DNA from: Synechococcus sp.
Lineage (GTDB): Bacteria > Cyanobacteriota > Cyanobacteriia > Thermostichales > PCC-7336
Assembly (NCBI GenBank): GCA_051439605.1
Contig: JBFRWN010000001.1
Span: 1 to 24,483, forward strand
Length of the DNA: 24,483 nt
Direction: 5' to 3'
The notes beneath the pieces were generated by a model. That model did not search any database and was not told the origin of the DNA. It worked only from the letters and a program-made list of their open reading frames with translations. The position numbers and the translations under genes are program-made. Below, in pieces: positions 9,496 through 19,130 of this stretch (position 1 is its first letter; every line of letters begins with the position of its first letter).

Positions 9496-10014
9496 CTAGG
9501 TCGGATCGACGTACATCACAACTTGACCAAACTCTACTGGCTCGGCATTTTTCACTAATATCTCGGTGACGCGACCGGAGGTTTCTGCCAGCAGTTCGTT
9601 CATCACCTTCATGGCTTCGATGATACAGACCGTTTGCCCTTCTGAAACGCGATCTCCTGGAGAGACAAAGACCGGTTCGCCCGGTGCGGGAGCAGAGTAA
9701 TAGGTTCCAACGATTGGGGCAGTAATGGGGACCCAGTGGCTGGGAGGTTCGCTAGATATAGCAACAGCAGGAGAAGGGGGAGGCGGAGCAACGGGTGCAG
9801 GAGCAACAGCCGCCTCAGCTGTTGGACTGGCAACTGCAGCAGGAAGAATCTCAGCAGGTGCTACAGGAACAGCAGGGCTGGCCATAACGATGCCACGCTC
9901 GCTTTTGCTGACCGTTAAGCGGAAATCCTGAGCCTCTAGCGAAAACTCGACTACATCAGATTGGTCGATCGCCGCAAGCAGGTTGCGGATTTCTTGCCAG
10001 TTAATCGAATTCAA
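9496..10014 (-). CDS. accB: Acetyl-CoA carboxylase biotin carboxyl carrier protein
   Basis: EAMKVMN biotinylation motif and Ala/Pro-rich linker; lies downstream of efp as in other cyanobacteria; TTG start. Confidence 0.96.
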   Translation of the reverse strand: MNSINWQEIRNLLAAIDQSDVVEFSLEAQDFRLTVSKSERGIVMASPAVPVAPAEILPAAVASPTAEAAVAPAPVAPPPPSPAVAISSEPPSHWVPITAPIVGTYYSAPAPGEPVFVSPGDRVSEGQTVCIIEAMKVMNELLAETSGRVTEILVKNAEPVEFGQVVMYVDPT

Positions 10015-10036
10015 GGGTTACCTGCTCTCCGTATTA

Positions 10037-10070
10037 TGGAACTAAACCGATGCTGGAACTAAACCGATGC
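10037..10070. repeat. Perfect 17-bp tandem duplication in the efp-accB spacer
   Basis: tggaactaaaccgatgc twice. Confidence 0.9.
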
Positions 10071-10105
10071 AATGACGTTGAGGAGACCTAACTGTTTTCG
10101 CGCTT

Positions 10106-10669
10106 CTAACTGTTTTCACGACCAAGGTAGGAATCAGATCGGGTATCTACTTTGATTTTTTCGCCAATTTTGATGAACAAAGGCACTTGGATTTCAGCGC
10201 CTGTTTCCAGCTTGGCGGGTTTGGTGCCACCTGTTGCGGTATCTCCTTTCACTCCGGGATCGGTTTCAACCACCTCTAGGGCAACGGTGTTAGGCAGTTC
10301 CACTGCGATCACGTTATCGTTCCAACGCAGAATGGCAACATCCATGCCATCTTTTAGATATTTAATTTGCGGGCCGATTTGCTCTTCAAGCAGGGGTGCC
10401 TGATCGTAGGTATCCATATCCATGAAGATATAGCTGTCGCCATCTTGGTAGAGGTATTGCATATCCACTTTTTCCAAGTTGGCTTGGGGCACCATCTCTC
10501 CCGCCCGGAAGGTACGCTCCATGGTGTTCCCGGTTTGCATGTTTTTAATTTTGGTCCGCACAAACGCAGACCCCTTACCAGGTTTAACGTGCAAAAATTC
10601 CAGTACTTTCCATGGCGCACCATCTAATTCGATGGTTGTGTTGGTGCGAAAGTCGTTACTCGAAATCAT
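10106..10669 (-). CDS. efp: Translation elongation factor P
   Basis: Motifs [31 protein letters not shown] and LETG. Confidence 0.98.
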   Translation of the reverse strand: MISSNDFRTNTTIELDGAPWKVLEFLHVKPGKGSAFVRTKIKNMQTGNTMERTFRAGEMVPQANLEKVDMQYLYQDGDSYIFMDMDTYDQAPLLEEQIGPQIKYLKDGMDVAILRWNDNVIAVELPNTVALEVVETDPGVKGDTATGGTKPAKLETGAEIQVPLFIKIGEKIKVDTRSDSYLGRENS

Positions 10670-10916
10670 GGGAAATGACTATTCCGGGGGGCGGGACCAA
10701 TTGTACCTTGCGAATGGGCGACTAACTGGAGGGGCATTGGGGCTGTTCTAGGATAGGGGTTGTGGACTTTTAAACAGGCATCTGGAGTCAAAGTCTTGAA
10801 CCCAAATGACCGCTGAAGGATAGCGATCGAGCTGGCGCTCGGAAGACCCATTCGAAATCCGACCACCCTGCACGCAAATCGTGGCAGTCTAGCAGTACCT
10901 TCACCCTGACCGACGA

Positions 10917-12041
10917 ATGCCGGAGTATTTTGCCACTGTGGCCCGTGGGCTAGAACCCCTCGCCGCTCAAGAATTAGAACACCTGGGGGCAGAGCGGATT
11001 CAACCCAACTTTTGTGGGGTGGAATTTTGGGGCGATCGCGAGCTGCTCTACCGCACTAACCTGTGGGCCAGACTGCCCTTTCGCATCTTGCAAGTACTGA
11101 GCAAATTTCCCTGCCCCGACGCCAACCATCTTTACAAAGGCATTCATGCAGTCGATTGGAGAGATTATCTCCCCTCGGATCGCACCTTTGCCGTTAACGC
11201 CACCGGTAAGACTAAGGCTCTCAACCACAGCCACTACACCGCACTGCAGGTGAAAAACGCGATCGTCGATTGGCAGCGGAAGCAATTTGGAGAACGGTCC
11301 AGCATTGACACCCGCACTCCAGACCTGCGGGTTAACATCCACCTCCATCGGGATGTCTGTACCCTCAGCCTCGATAGTTCGGGAAATAGCCTGCACCGAC
11401 GCGGATATCGCCCAGCCATGGGCAAAGCCCCCCTCAAAGAAACTCTTGCCGCAGCCCTGATCGACCTCTCCGGCTGGACCCCCGATTTACCTTTTCTAGA
11501 CCCATTATGCGGTTCTGGTACGCTGCCACTGGAGGCGGCCATGGTGGCTCTCCAAATTGCCCCCGGCAGCTTCCGCGATCGCTTCGGCTTTGAAACCTGG
11601 CCCGATTTTGACGGTAAAACCTGGGTGCGCCTGCTTAACAAAGCCGCCGATGGCGAACGTAAGGAGTTAGCTGCTCCGATCGCAGGCAGCGATCGCGATC
11701 CAGAAATATTAGAACAGGCGTATGCCAACGCCCGCTACAGCGGCCTGGATAACCACATCGATTTTGCCTGTCGCGACCTGTCCGACGTGGAAGCCCCCAG
11801 CGATCGCGGCATCATTGTCTGCAATCCTCCCTACGGTGAACGCATCGGCGATCGTCGCCAGCTAGGACCGTTCTACAAGCTATTGGGGGATGTGCTCAAA
11901 CAGCGGTTCAAAGGCTGGAAAGCTTATGTACTCAGCGGGAATAAAGAATTAGCCCTGTCCATTGGGCTTAAGTCTTCCAAACGGGTACCGATATATAACG
12001 GCACGATCGCCTGTCAGCTGCTGGAATACGAGTTGTACTGA
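10917..12041 (+). CDS. THUMP-domain class I SAM-dependent RNA methyltransferase (RlmL/YpsC-like)
   Basis: Motifs LDSSGNSLHRRGYR, APLKETLAAA, DPLCGSGT and NPPYGER. Confidence 0.92.
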   Translation: MPEYFATVARGLEPLAAQELEHLGAERIQPNFCGVEFWGDRELLYRTNLWARLPFRILQVLSKFPCPDANHLYKGIHAVDWRDYLPSDRTFAVNATGKTKALNHSHYTALQVKNAIVDWQRKQFGERSSIDTRTPDLRVNIHLHRDVCTLSLDSSGNSLHRRGYRPAMGKAPLKETLAAALIDLSGWTPDLPFLDPLCGSGTLPLEAAMVALQIAPGSFRDRFGFETWPDFDGKTWVRLLNKAADGERKELAAPIAGSDRDPEILEQAYANARYSGLDNHIDFACRDLSDVEAPSDRGIIVCNPPYGERIGDRRQLGPFYKLLGDVLKQRFKGWKAYVLSGNKELALSIGLKSSKRVPIYNGTIACQLLEYELY

Positions 12042-12296
12042 GCTGTAGCTGTTTTCCGCCCTCCATTGTGGAGATCGTCGCCTGAGGTCAGACCACCCCC
12101 ACCACTTGATAGAAATGGAACGACTTTGCATTACCCGTTCACGAAAATGATGTAGGGGGCTAGACTGAATTGGCAGTTCGAAGACCTGCATTCGCTTAAT
12201 ACATTTCAGCAACCCGGAGCCCTAACTAGACACAGACGTTTTTGGCGCTACTGAAATGGCCGCAACCATCTCTTGACACACACTTGAGCCCAGTAC

Positions 12297-13112
12297 ATGG
12301 TCGATCCGATTAATTACTCGGATATTGCTAGCAAGCAACCGCAGGAGTCCCGGTCAACAGCTCGTCCTGCGTCCTCCAGAAAAGAAGGCGGTTTGAGCTG
12401 GTGGCATCAGCTGTTGGAGGATATCGATTGCGTGTTCGAGCGGGACCCCGCCGCCCGAAATCGCTTGGAGGTTCTTCTCACTTACCCAGGGGTTCACGCT
12501 CTCTTAGCCCACCGAATTTCCCATTGGTTGTGGCAGCACCGCTACAAGTTACTAGCTCGCTATATTAGTGCGTTTTCTCGGTGGTTGACCCTGATCGAAG
12601 TTCACCCGGGGGCCAGGATTGGACGCCGCTTTTTCATCGATCACGGGGCGGGTGTGGTGATTGGCGAGACCACACTGATTGGTAACGACGTAACCCTGTA
12701 CCACGGGGTGACTTTGGGGGGAACCTCATGGGATAAAGGCAAGCGACACCCGACATTGAGAGACGGTGTTGTTATTGGGGCTGGTGCGAAGGTTTTGGGG
12801 GCTATCACCATCGGCAAGGGGGCCCGAGTGGGGGCTAACTCGGTGGTGTTTAAAGATGTGCCCGATGAAATGAGTGTGGTGGGTATTCCGGGCAGGATAG
12901 TACTCCCGATTCACTGTCGTCGCATTACCGACCATGGCATCGATCTCGATCACCATCTCATGCCTGACCCGGTGGGAAAAGCGCTATCTTCCTTGATCGA
13001 TCGCATCAGCGATCTCGAAAGTGAAATCAAAACCTTGAAAGGGGAGGAGAGTTCTCAGGACACCTTGTCCCCTGACCCCACCGAGCCATCGAGTAACCAA
13101 ATGCCGCAGTAA
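12297..13112 (+). CDS. cysE: Serine O-acetyltransferase (NifP-like subtype)
   Basis: Motifs [19 protein letters not shown]-like [21 protein letters not shown] and KRHPTL; hexapeptide repeats. Confidence 0.95.
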   Translation: MVDPINYSDIASKQPQESRSTARPASSRKEGGLSWWHQLLEDIDCVFERDPAARNRLEVLLTYPGVHALLAHRISHWLWQHRYKLLARYISAFSRWLTLIEVHPGARIGRRFFIDHGAGVVIGETTLIGNDVTLYHGVTLGGTSWDKGKRHPTLRDGVVIGAGAKVLGAITIGKGARVGANSVVFKDVPDEMSVVGIPGRIVLPIHCRRITDHGIDLDHHLMPDPVGKALSSLIDRISDLESEIKTLKGEESSQDTLSPDPTEPSSNQMPQ

Positions 13113-13154
13113 GTTCTAAATGCTTGGAAGGTAGCTTGCACAATCACCCCATTC

Positions 13155-13202
13155 TCAATCGACCTTATCAATCGACCTTATCAATCGAACTATCTTCAAT
13201 CG
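13155..13202. repeat. Short tandem repeat, 13-bp unit tcaatcgacctta (2 perfect copies plus degenerate copies)
   Basis: Units start at 13155, 13168, 13181 and (partial) 13196. Confidence 0.8.
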
Positions 13203-13219
13203 TCCCATCACAATTCAAA

Positions 13220-13243
13220 CCTCAGACCTCTGTTAGTCTGAGG
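13220..13243 (+). promoter_or_regulatory. 8-bp stem hairpin overlapping the putative ycf46 ribosome-binding site
   Basis: cctcagac-ctctgtta-gtctgagg; the 3' arm includes GAGG, 3 nt before ATG 13247. Confidence 0.45.
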
Positions 13244-13246
13244 GGC

Positions 13247-14728
13247 ATGAATACGTTTTCTGAAGAATTTAATCTCTTGCTGCGGGCTCGCTACCCCGTC
13301 ATTTACATCAGCACGGTGGAAGAAGAGCGGGCTGAAGAGGCGATCTCCGAGGCGAGCGAGGGACGCACGGTTTACCTGTGGGATTTTGTCACCGGCTACG
13401 ACTTGCAGGGAACCGATGCAGGGACTGCGCAGCGCAATCCGTTACAAGCACTGGAGTATGTGGAAAAGACGGATGACCGAGCTCCAGCGGTGTTTGTGCT
13501 CAGGGATTTTCATCGCTTTTTGAACGATATTTCTGTAGCACGAAAGTTGCGCAATCTGGGCCGTAAATTGCGCTCGAAGGCGAAAACGATTGTCATTTTG
13601 GCCCCCATGCTGGAGGTTCCAGCGGATTTGGGGGAGACCATCACGGTGTTGGAGTTTGAGTTACCGGCCTCCAGTGAAATTGAAGGGGCGATCGCCCAAC
13701 TGCTGGGCCCAGCACAATCATTACCCGTAGCCGAACGAGATGGGTTAGTGCGGGCCTGTCAGGGGTTAACGCTGGGGCGAATTCGGCAGGCGTTGGGGAA
13801 GGCGATCGCCCAGTCGGGTTCTTTGTCTGCCGATGCCATCGACTTGGTGTTAGAGGAGAAGCAACAGAAAATTCGCCAAACCCAGATTCTGGAGTTTTAT
13901 CCAGCTTCAACGGAAATTGCCGATATCGGGGGCTTAGATAACCTCAAGGCATGGCTGATGCGGCGGGGGAGTGCGCTGACGGAACGAGCCCGTCGCTATG
14001 GGTTACCGCAACCTCGGGGACTGCTGCTGGTAGGGATTCAGGGGACGGGGAAATCGCTAACGGCCAAGGCGATCGCCCATCACTGGCATCTGCCTCTCCT
14101 TCGGTTGGATATGGGTCGCCTATTTGCCGGGCTAGTCGGTGAATCTGAATCGCGCACGCGCCAGCTGATTCAAATTTCAGAAGCAATGTCCCCCTGCGTG
14201 CTCTGGATTGATGAAATCGACAAGGCATTCGGGGCCAGTGCCAGCAGCGATGGAGGCACAACCGGGCGAGTCCTCGCCACCTTAATTACCTGGATGGCGG
14301 AAAAAACAGCGCCCGTGTTTGTGGTGGCGACGGCGAACAACATTCAGGTGCTCCCTCCAGAATTGCTGCGCAAGGGGCGCTTTGATGAAGTGTTCTTTGT
14401 GGATCTGCCCACTCAGGACGAGCGGGAAGAGATCTTTGGGGTGCATCTAGGCAAGTTGCGATCGCAGACGATTCGGGACTACGACCTGCAGCGGTTGGCC
14501 TACGAAACGCCGGAATTCTCGGGGGCGGAAATCGAGCAGGCGATTATTGAAGCGATGCATTTGGCATTCAGTCAAAATCGGGACTTTACCACCGAGGACA
14601 TTTTGGAGTCGGTGGCGCAAATGGTGCCGCTGGCTCGGACAGCTCGGGAGCAGGTGGAATTGCTGCAAACTTGGGCGCAGCAGGGGAAGGTGCGGTTGGC
14701 CTCGCAGCGGGGATTATTGGCTCGCTAA
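13247..14728 (+). CDS. ycf46: Ycf46-family AAA+ ATPase
   Basis: LLLRARYPVIY N-terminus, IGGLDNLKAWL, Walker A GIQGTGKS, Walker B LWIDEIDK and LRKGRFDE. The track's upstream extension from 13124 runs through tandem repeats, so the start is placed at ATG 13247. Confidence 0.9.
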   Translation: MNTFSEEFNLLLRARYPVIYISTVEEERAEEAISEASEGRTVYLWDFVTGYDLQGTDAGTAQRNPLQALEYVEKTDDRAPAVFVLRDFHRFLNDISVARKLRNLGRKLRSKAKTIVILAPMLEVPADLGETITVLEFELPASSEIEGAIAQLLGPAQSLPVAERDGLVRACQGLTLGRIRQALGKAIAQSGSLSADAIDLVLEEKQQKIRQTQILEFYPASTEIADIGGLDNLKAWLMRRGSALTERARRYGLPQPRGLLLVGIQGTGKSLTAKAIAHHWHLPLLRLDMGRLFAGLVGESESRTRQLIQISEAMSPCVLWIDEIDKAFGASASSDGGTTGRVLATLITWMAEKTAPVFVVATANNIQVLPPELLRKGRFDEVFFVDLPTQDEREEIFGVHLGKLRSQTIRDYDLQRLAYETPEFSGAEIEQAIIEAMHLAFSQNRDFTTEDILESVAQMVPLARTAREQVELLQTWAQQGKVRLASQRGLLAR

Positions 14729-14754
14729 CGGTGACTGATTGTGGGGGGCAGCAA

Positions 14755-15492
14755 TCATCGAGTCGCTTTGGCCTCAGCCGAACGCACGCCTTCAAGCTTT
14801 TGGAAATAGGCGTTTCTGACGTCTGGATTGGCCATATTGCGGTACTGGTATGACCCGCATTTTGTGCAGGTGGGATACAGCGGCGGTTTGCGCCGAATCC
14901 AAGGGAGTAGTGCAATGAATTTAGCAGCCATTGTCTTGCGTTTCAGAAGCGCCTCACCAATATGACCGCATTCCTCACATTGGATGAAGTCATTCAATTC
15001 ATCCGGGAGGGTTAGGCGCAATCCTCTCGCAAATAGCGACCATTCGTAGTTAAGAGCGTCTTCTAAAGGCTCCAGTTCTGCTGGAGGATAGAAGCACCCC
15101 TCATGCCCGCTGCCTTTCAGCTCAAGCTCTTCTGCCATGTCGTACCAAATGGCCAAGAGGGGATCGGAATATTGAGACTGCTGGTACAGCTGAACCATCA
15201 TCTGCAGTGCTACCTCAGCGGTTATTTCTCTGAGGTCATAGGCTTTCTTTACCAGCCATGCTGTGTCTCTGGGTTCGGCAGTCTGAGGTTGAAGTTCGAT
15301 GTTGAGCTCTTGGCATGTTTTTTGAAAGTACGGTTCAACCTCGGTTGATTCAAGTTGGACGTTCAGCCCGGCAAGAATTCTCAGGCTTGGGGTATCTAAT
15401 CCTTCACCAAGACATTCCACAGCCCACAGGATGTAGTGCTGCGGAATTGCAGAGCCCATCGAGCGATGTAATAAGAGCGTGGCAGTGGTCAT
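14755..15492 (-). CDS. Hypothetical protein with C-terminal paired CxxC (possible zinc ribbon)
   Basis: 245-aa ATG-started ORF with a helical N-terminal region; CEEC and CTKC near the C-terminus. Confidence 0.75.
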   Translation of the reverse strand: MTTATLLLHRSMGSAIPQHYILWAVECLGEGLDTPSLRILAGLNVQLESTEVEPYFQKTCQELNIELQPQTAEPRDTAWLVKKAYDLREITAEVALQMMVQLYQQSQYSDPLLAIWYDMAEELELKGSGHEGCFYPPAELEPLEDALNYEWSLFARGLRLTLPDELNDFIQCEECGHIGEALLKRKTMAAKFIALLPWIRRKPPLYPTCTKCGSYQYRNMANPDVRNAYFQKLEGVRSAEAKATR

Positions 15493-15556
15493 TGCAACGA
15501 GCTGACTTTGGCAGAGGCTCGAATGACTTAAGTCAGGAATTTTGGAGAACCCAAAA

Positions 15557-16711
15557 CTAATTCGGAGACCAAAGAATCATTCCTCTGGATTCTGGTTTAA
15601 ATCCAACTGGAAACACAGTTTGACATAAATCCACTTCTTCAATTGGGCATCCCGACTCATCTGTGGTGTAGGTAGCACCCTCTAGATTCGTTTCTTCCAG
15701 ATTCGCGTCCTTTAGGTTTGTTCCTTCTAAGCTTGCACCCGCTAGACTCGATCCCTCAAGATTCGCGCCTACCATCGACGCATATCTAAGATTCGTCCCC
15801 GTCATATCGGCATACGACAGTGTGGCTTGCCTTAACTTCGCTCCTTCTAAATTGGCCCCCTGCATGAGTGCCAAACCCAGGTCTGCCAAATCCAGTTGGA
15901 TTGCCCGTAAATATGAATGGCGCAAATGGGCTCTACGCAAGTTAGTGGCGCTCAGGTCAACGCTTGATAAATCTGTATAGTCCAGATTTACGCCTTCTAG
16001 CGATATCTTCGGAGCTGGAATGGCATTCTGTTGCGGTGATTGGCTGACGAGTAGTGCCGTTATTTCCTCAGCTTGATTGTCAAAGATATCGACCTCGAGG
16101 TCGGGGGCATGACTCTGTTCGCTATCAATTTGAGCTCTAAAGAAGTTTGGCGGAATATTGGCATTGACCAGTTGAGCTTCTACTAAGAGATCGATAACTG
16201 CTCTTTTTTCAGGTATGCAAAGATTCTCTTCGCTAGCGCATTGTGTTGGATTGTTTTGGGGTTGTACTTTACTGAGAGAGAAAAACAATTTTGATGGTTC
16301 TCGAGAATTTAGACTGCTGTCCCAGTCCTCTGAGAGAGAGAGTTGCTTTAAAACGGTAGTTGTGAGTCCCCTTGCCGCAACTGCTGCGGCAGTATTTGCT
16401 GATGATGTGGACTGCTCGGGATCGACGACAAGCTTTTCAGCAATCAGAATAGACATGCTGTTCAAATAGCCCTGCAATGCCTGTTGATTCAGTGTCCGCT
16501 TAAGCTGCGATCGACTATGCTCGAGCTCTTCGAGAACATTTTTACGACTCTCCTGGATTTGCAAAGAAACCAGAATCAGACCAAATAACGGGAGTATGAC
16601 AAATCCAAAACCGGGAAGTATAACGGCAGTTAGCCAATCCCAGGGTTTTTTCTTTTTAAGATCGCGTATCCAGTGCCTATGAGCAATTCTGATAATGCGT
16701 TGATTCACCAC
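15557..16711 (-). CDS. Membrane-anchored pentapeptide-repeat protein
   Basis: N-terminal hydrophobic helix (LTAVILPGFGFVILPLFGLILV) and a C-terminal run of A(N/D)Lxx repeats (GANLEGAKLRQATLSYADMTGTNL...). Confidence 0.9.
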   Translation of the reverse strand: MVNQRIIRIAHRHWIRDLKKKKPWDWLTAVILPGFGFVILPLFGLILVSLQIQESRKNVLEELEHSRSQLKRTLNQQALQGYLNSMSILIAEKLVVDPEQSTSSANTAAAVAARGLTTTVLKQLSLSEDWDSSLNSREPSKLFFSLSKVQPQNNPTQCASEENLCIPEKRAVIDLLVEAQLVNANIPPNFFRAQIDSEQSHAPDLEVDIFDNQAEEITALLVSQSPQQNAIPAPKISLEGVNLDYTDLSSVDLSATNLRRAHLRHSYLRAIQLDLADLGLALMQGANLEGAKLRQATLSYADMTGTNLRYASMVGANLEGSSLAGASLEGTNLKDANLEETNLEGATYTTDESGCPIEEVDLCQTVFPVGFKPESRGMILWSPN

Positions 16712-17090
16712 GTCCAGTTCACAATCTGTCTATATTTTGCAGTGGGGCTTAAGAGCAAAATGTTGCCAAAAATTGGATCAAATAGGGGCTAACGGGAGAT
16801 GTACCGCGCTCTATTTTGCCCAAATGAAGCTGACTTAGTTCTAAGGTGGGTTCTACTCCTGTTCTCCAGTGAAACAGGTAAGGGGATGCGGAAGAGTGCA
16901 CGATCCCTGGCTGTCTAACGTAGGCCTTCATGCTCTCGGTTGTCGGCTCAACTAGCCAGAAAATGTGTCGTCATTGCTGGTATAAGTATTGCCCAATCGC
17001 TTTCGCGTACGACATAATTTGATGAATCCATCTGGACTCTATAGGGAAAGATGGGCAGTAACTGCACTGTGAGCGGGTCAGGAGGATATA

Positions 17091-17237
17091 TTGAAACGCC
17101 TTGAATTATCTGCTTTGGGAATAGCGGTCGTATTGTTACTGGGTGGATTGATTAGCACTCTGGGTGCAGACGCTCATCCTGGCGGTACCAGTAGCACCGG
17201 ATGTCACACTGAATATCCTTACGAGTGCCATCATTGA
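17091..17237 (+). CDS. Small secreted His/Cys peptide, YHYH-motif-like (48 aa; below the ORF-track cutoff)
   Basis: AGGAGG at 17080-17085 and TTG 17091. Translation MKRLELSALGIAVVLLLGGLISTLGADA|HPGGTSSTGCHTEYPYECHH*: a signal peptide ending in A-D-A. Confidence 0.8.
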   Translation: MKRLELSALGIAVVLLLGGLISTLGADAHPGGTSSTGCHTEYPYECHH

Positions 17238-17357
17238 CGCTTGTTGTTCATCAGTATTTTTTTCCGGTTTTGTCAGTGGAGCCACCCGGCAAGCAGGGCC
17301 AAGGGCAGAGGTTAGCTGACGCCAAGCCACGTAAGACTCTCATTGTGGCGCAATCGC

Positions 17358-18216
17358 TCATTTTGAATATTCATATCGCAGTCGGGTGATTCGCCCCCGC
17401 CAGTAGGGTTTAGGCCCCTTGGGGAGGATCCATGCCACTTCGCATTCGAAAGGGATGCGCATGCCGTCCTGCAGCTAGTAGTGACTCAATCGGCATTCCC
17501 AAGGCGTTGGAACTACATCACCTGCAACGATGCGCCCGCGAGCCTCTGCACGGATTGATTCGATTGTTCCTGATTCATTGAAAACAAACAGCATTGAAAG
17601 GCTGTTTTCTCCATCAGTTAACGTTGCCTTGGCTGATGAGTCTTCATCCGCGTCCCAACGAACACCCTGGCTTGGTAACAGTGCAGTTGGATACCATGCT
17701 GCTTCGGCAAAGAAAACTCATGAGTTGACCTCGCGCCAAATCCAGGGTTTCCCGCAGATTGACCAGCAGTATCAGACCGAATAGGACCGCATCAAGACTA
17801 CCTTCGCATGCAATATAAGAATCATGCACGTAAACCGGGATGCTACGTGAAATCTTGATGCGGGCGTTCCAGTCGAATCCGGGGGGGTGGATGATGATGC
17901 GCTGGGTGGATGCGAACGACAGCCACTGTTCGCCAGTCTCGCTCAAGTTGATGGTGCCTTGATGTTCTATGCTGACGGCTGCGATAGCGGGCTGGTTTAC
18001 CTGCAAAACGGTACGGAAGTAACGCTGCACGGGGGTAGGCAAACCTTCTAATTCTTGGGGATTGTAAGTTTTTGGGGCGATCGGTAAGCGTGCCGCTTCC
18101 AGGTTTCTCCGCCGAATTCTTGCATCCGCTTCCCAACGGAACTTTCCGTAGAGGATCGCAGGGGCAATCAGGAAAGATAGGGCAATCGCTACCAGTACGA
18201 TGATTTTCAACCCCAT
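17358..18216 (-). pseudogene. Disrupted membrane-anchored DUF6544/DUF6920-like protein
   Basis: N-terminal part has LPTPVQRYFR. A 1-nt frameshift at the run 17713-17716 leads into FFAEAAWYPTALLPSQGVRW...; there is an in-frame TAG at 17475-17477; the frame then continues as LQDGMRIPFECEVAW...YWRGRITRLRYEYSK* to 17358. Family name is from memory. Confidence 0.8.
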
Positions 18217-18863
18217 ACTCGATCTCGCTGGCTATGGTCGCAATCAGCCCCACCGATTAGGGAGAACTTTGTTGTGATAATTGAGCTTAGCAAAATGCAC
18301 AAATGGCGCGTTGTAATGGGTTTTGGCTGTATTGCCTTGCTACCGCTTGCTTCCCACACTGGCCACATAGGCCTCATGCGGCATCGAGCCCTTTTGGTAT
18401 CACGGCTACGTTTGTTTTGTCAGTTCATCAGCGAGCAACCATAAGGCGAACAATTCTATACACATTTCAATTCATCCTTTTTCGATTCCCAATTGTTTAT
18501 CTACATAATTGGTCTAAACAAGTCTAATCAGGCAATATTTATGGTTGTTCTGCAAAGATTTTTGGAGACACGATCTGAAGTGTCTGCGACTGAAGTCAAA
18601 ACACTACGCACAGTGTAGTCAATCAAACTTTGTAACTGCACAACCTAAAATACTAATTCTCCAAGAGGGTAGCGCTACTAATTGAATTATTATCAATAAA
18701 TCCGGATTCAGTGTCTTAGGTGCTAGAACCAGTAGCATAGATAACCTACTACGCCCTAGAGACTATGCGCTTCAGATATTCCTTGAATCTAATCCTCATT
18801 CCCGAGAAGCTGAGCAGTCGAATCACAGATAAAATTATCTAAAGAAGAGGTACATTTTTAGGG

Positions 18864-18899
18864 CTTAAGACTTAGTCTTAAGTAAAGAGGTATCTTTAC
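18864..18899. promoter_or_regulatory. Adjacent inverted repeats upstream of the AAA_35 pair
   Basis: cttaagact-t-agtcttaag (18864-18882) followed by gtaaaga-ggta-tctttac (18882-18899). Confidence 0.4.
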
Positions 18900-19130
18900 C
18901 TGGAGGGAAAGAGTAAAGCCCTTAACTACTATGTAGAGGCGCTTCAGCTCTGTGTTCTAGAGGTTGGCAGTGAAGCTCTCCTTTTCCTGAGAGACAGAAG
19001 GTCGTGGAAAACTGCTAGGCAACGATCGAAGCAGATCGGAGAGAGTGAATTATCGTCGCCGGAAATCACAGATTCTACAAGGATTTATTTATAAGCTTGA
19101 TGATGAAAACAGCAGCGGGGGAAGGATTAT

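Noticed and set aside
13124..13246. 41-aa N-terminal extension of Ycf46 in the ORF track
   Set aside because: It is translated from tandem repeats, and family-like sequence begins at ATG 13247.
18303..18527. 74-aa ORF, plus the many short antisense or overlapping ORFs in the track (e.g. 16749-16931, 17136-17330, 22673-23053)
   Set aside because: No recognisable motifs or RBS; most are shadows of well-supported genes on another frame or strand.
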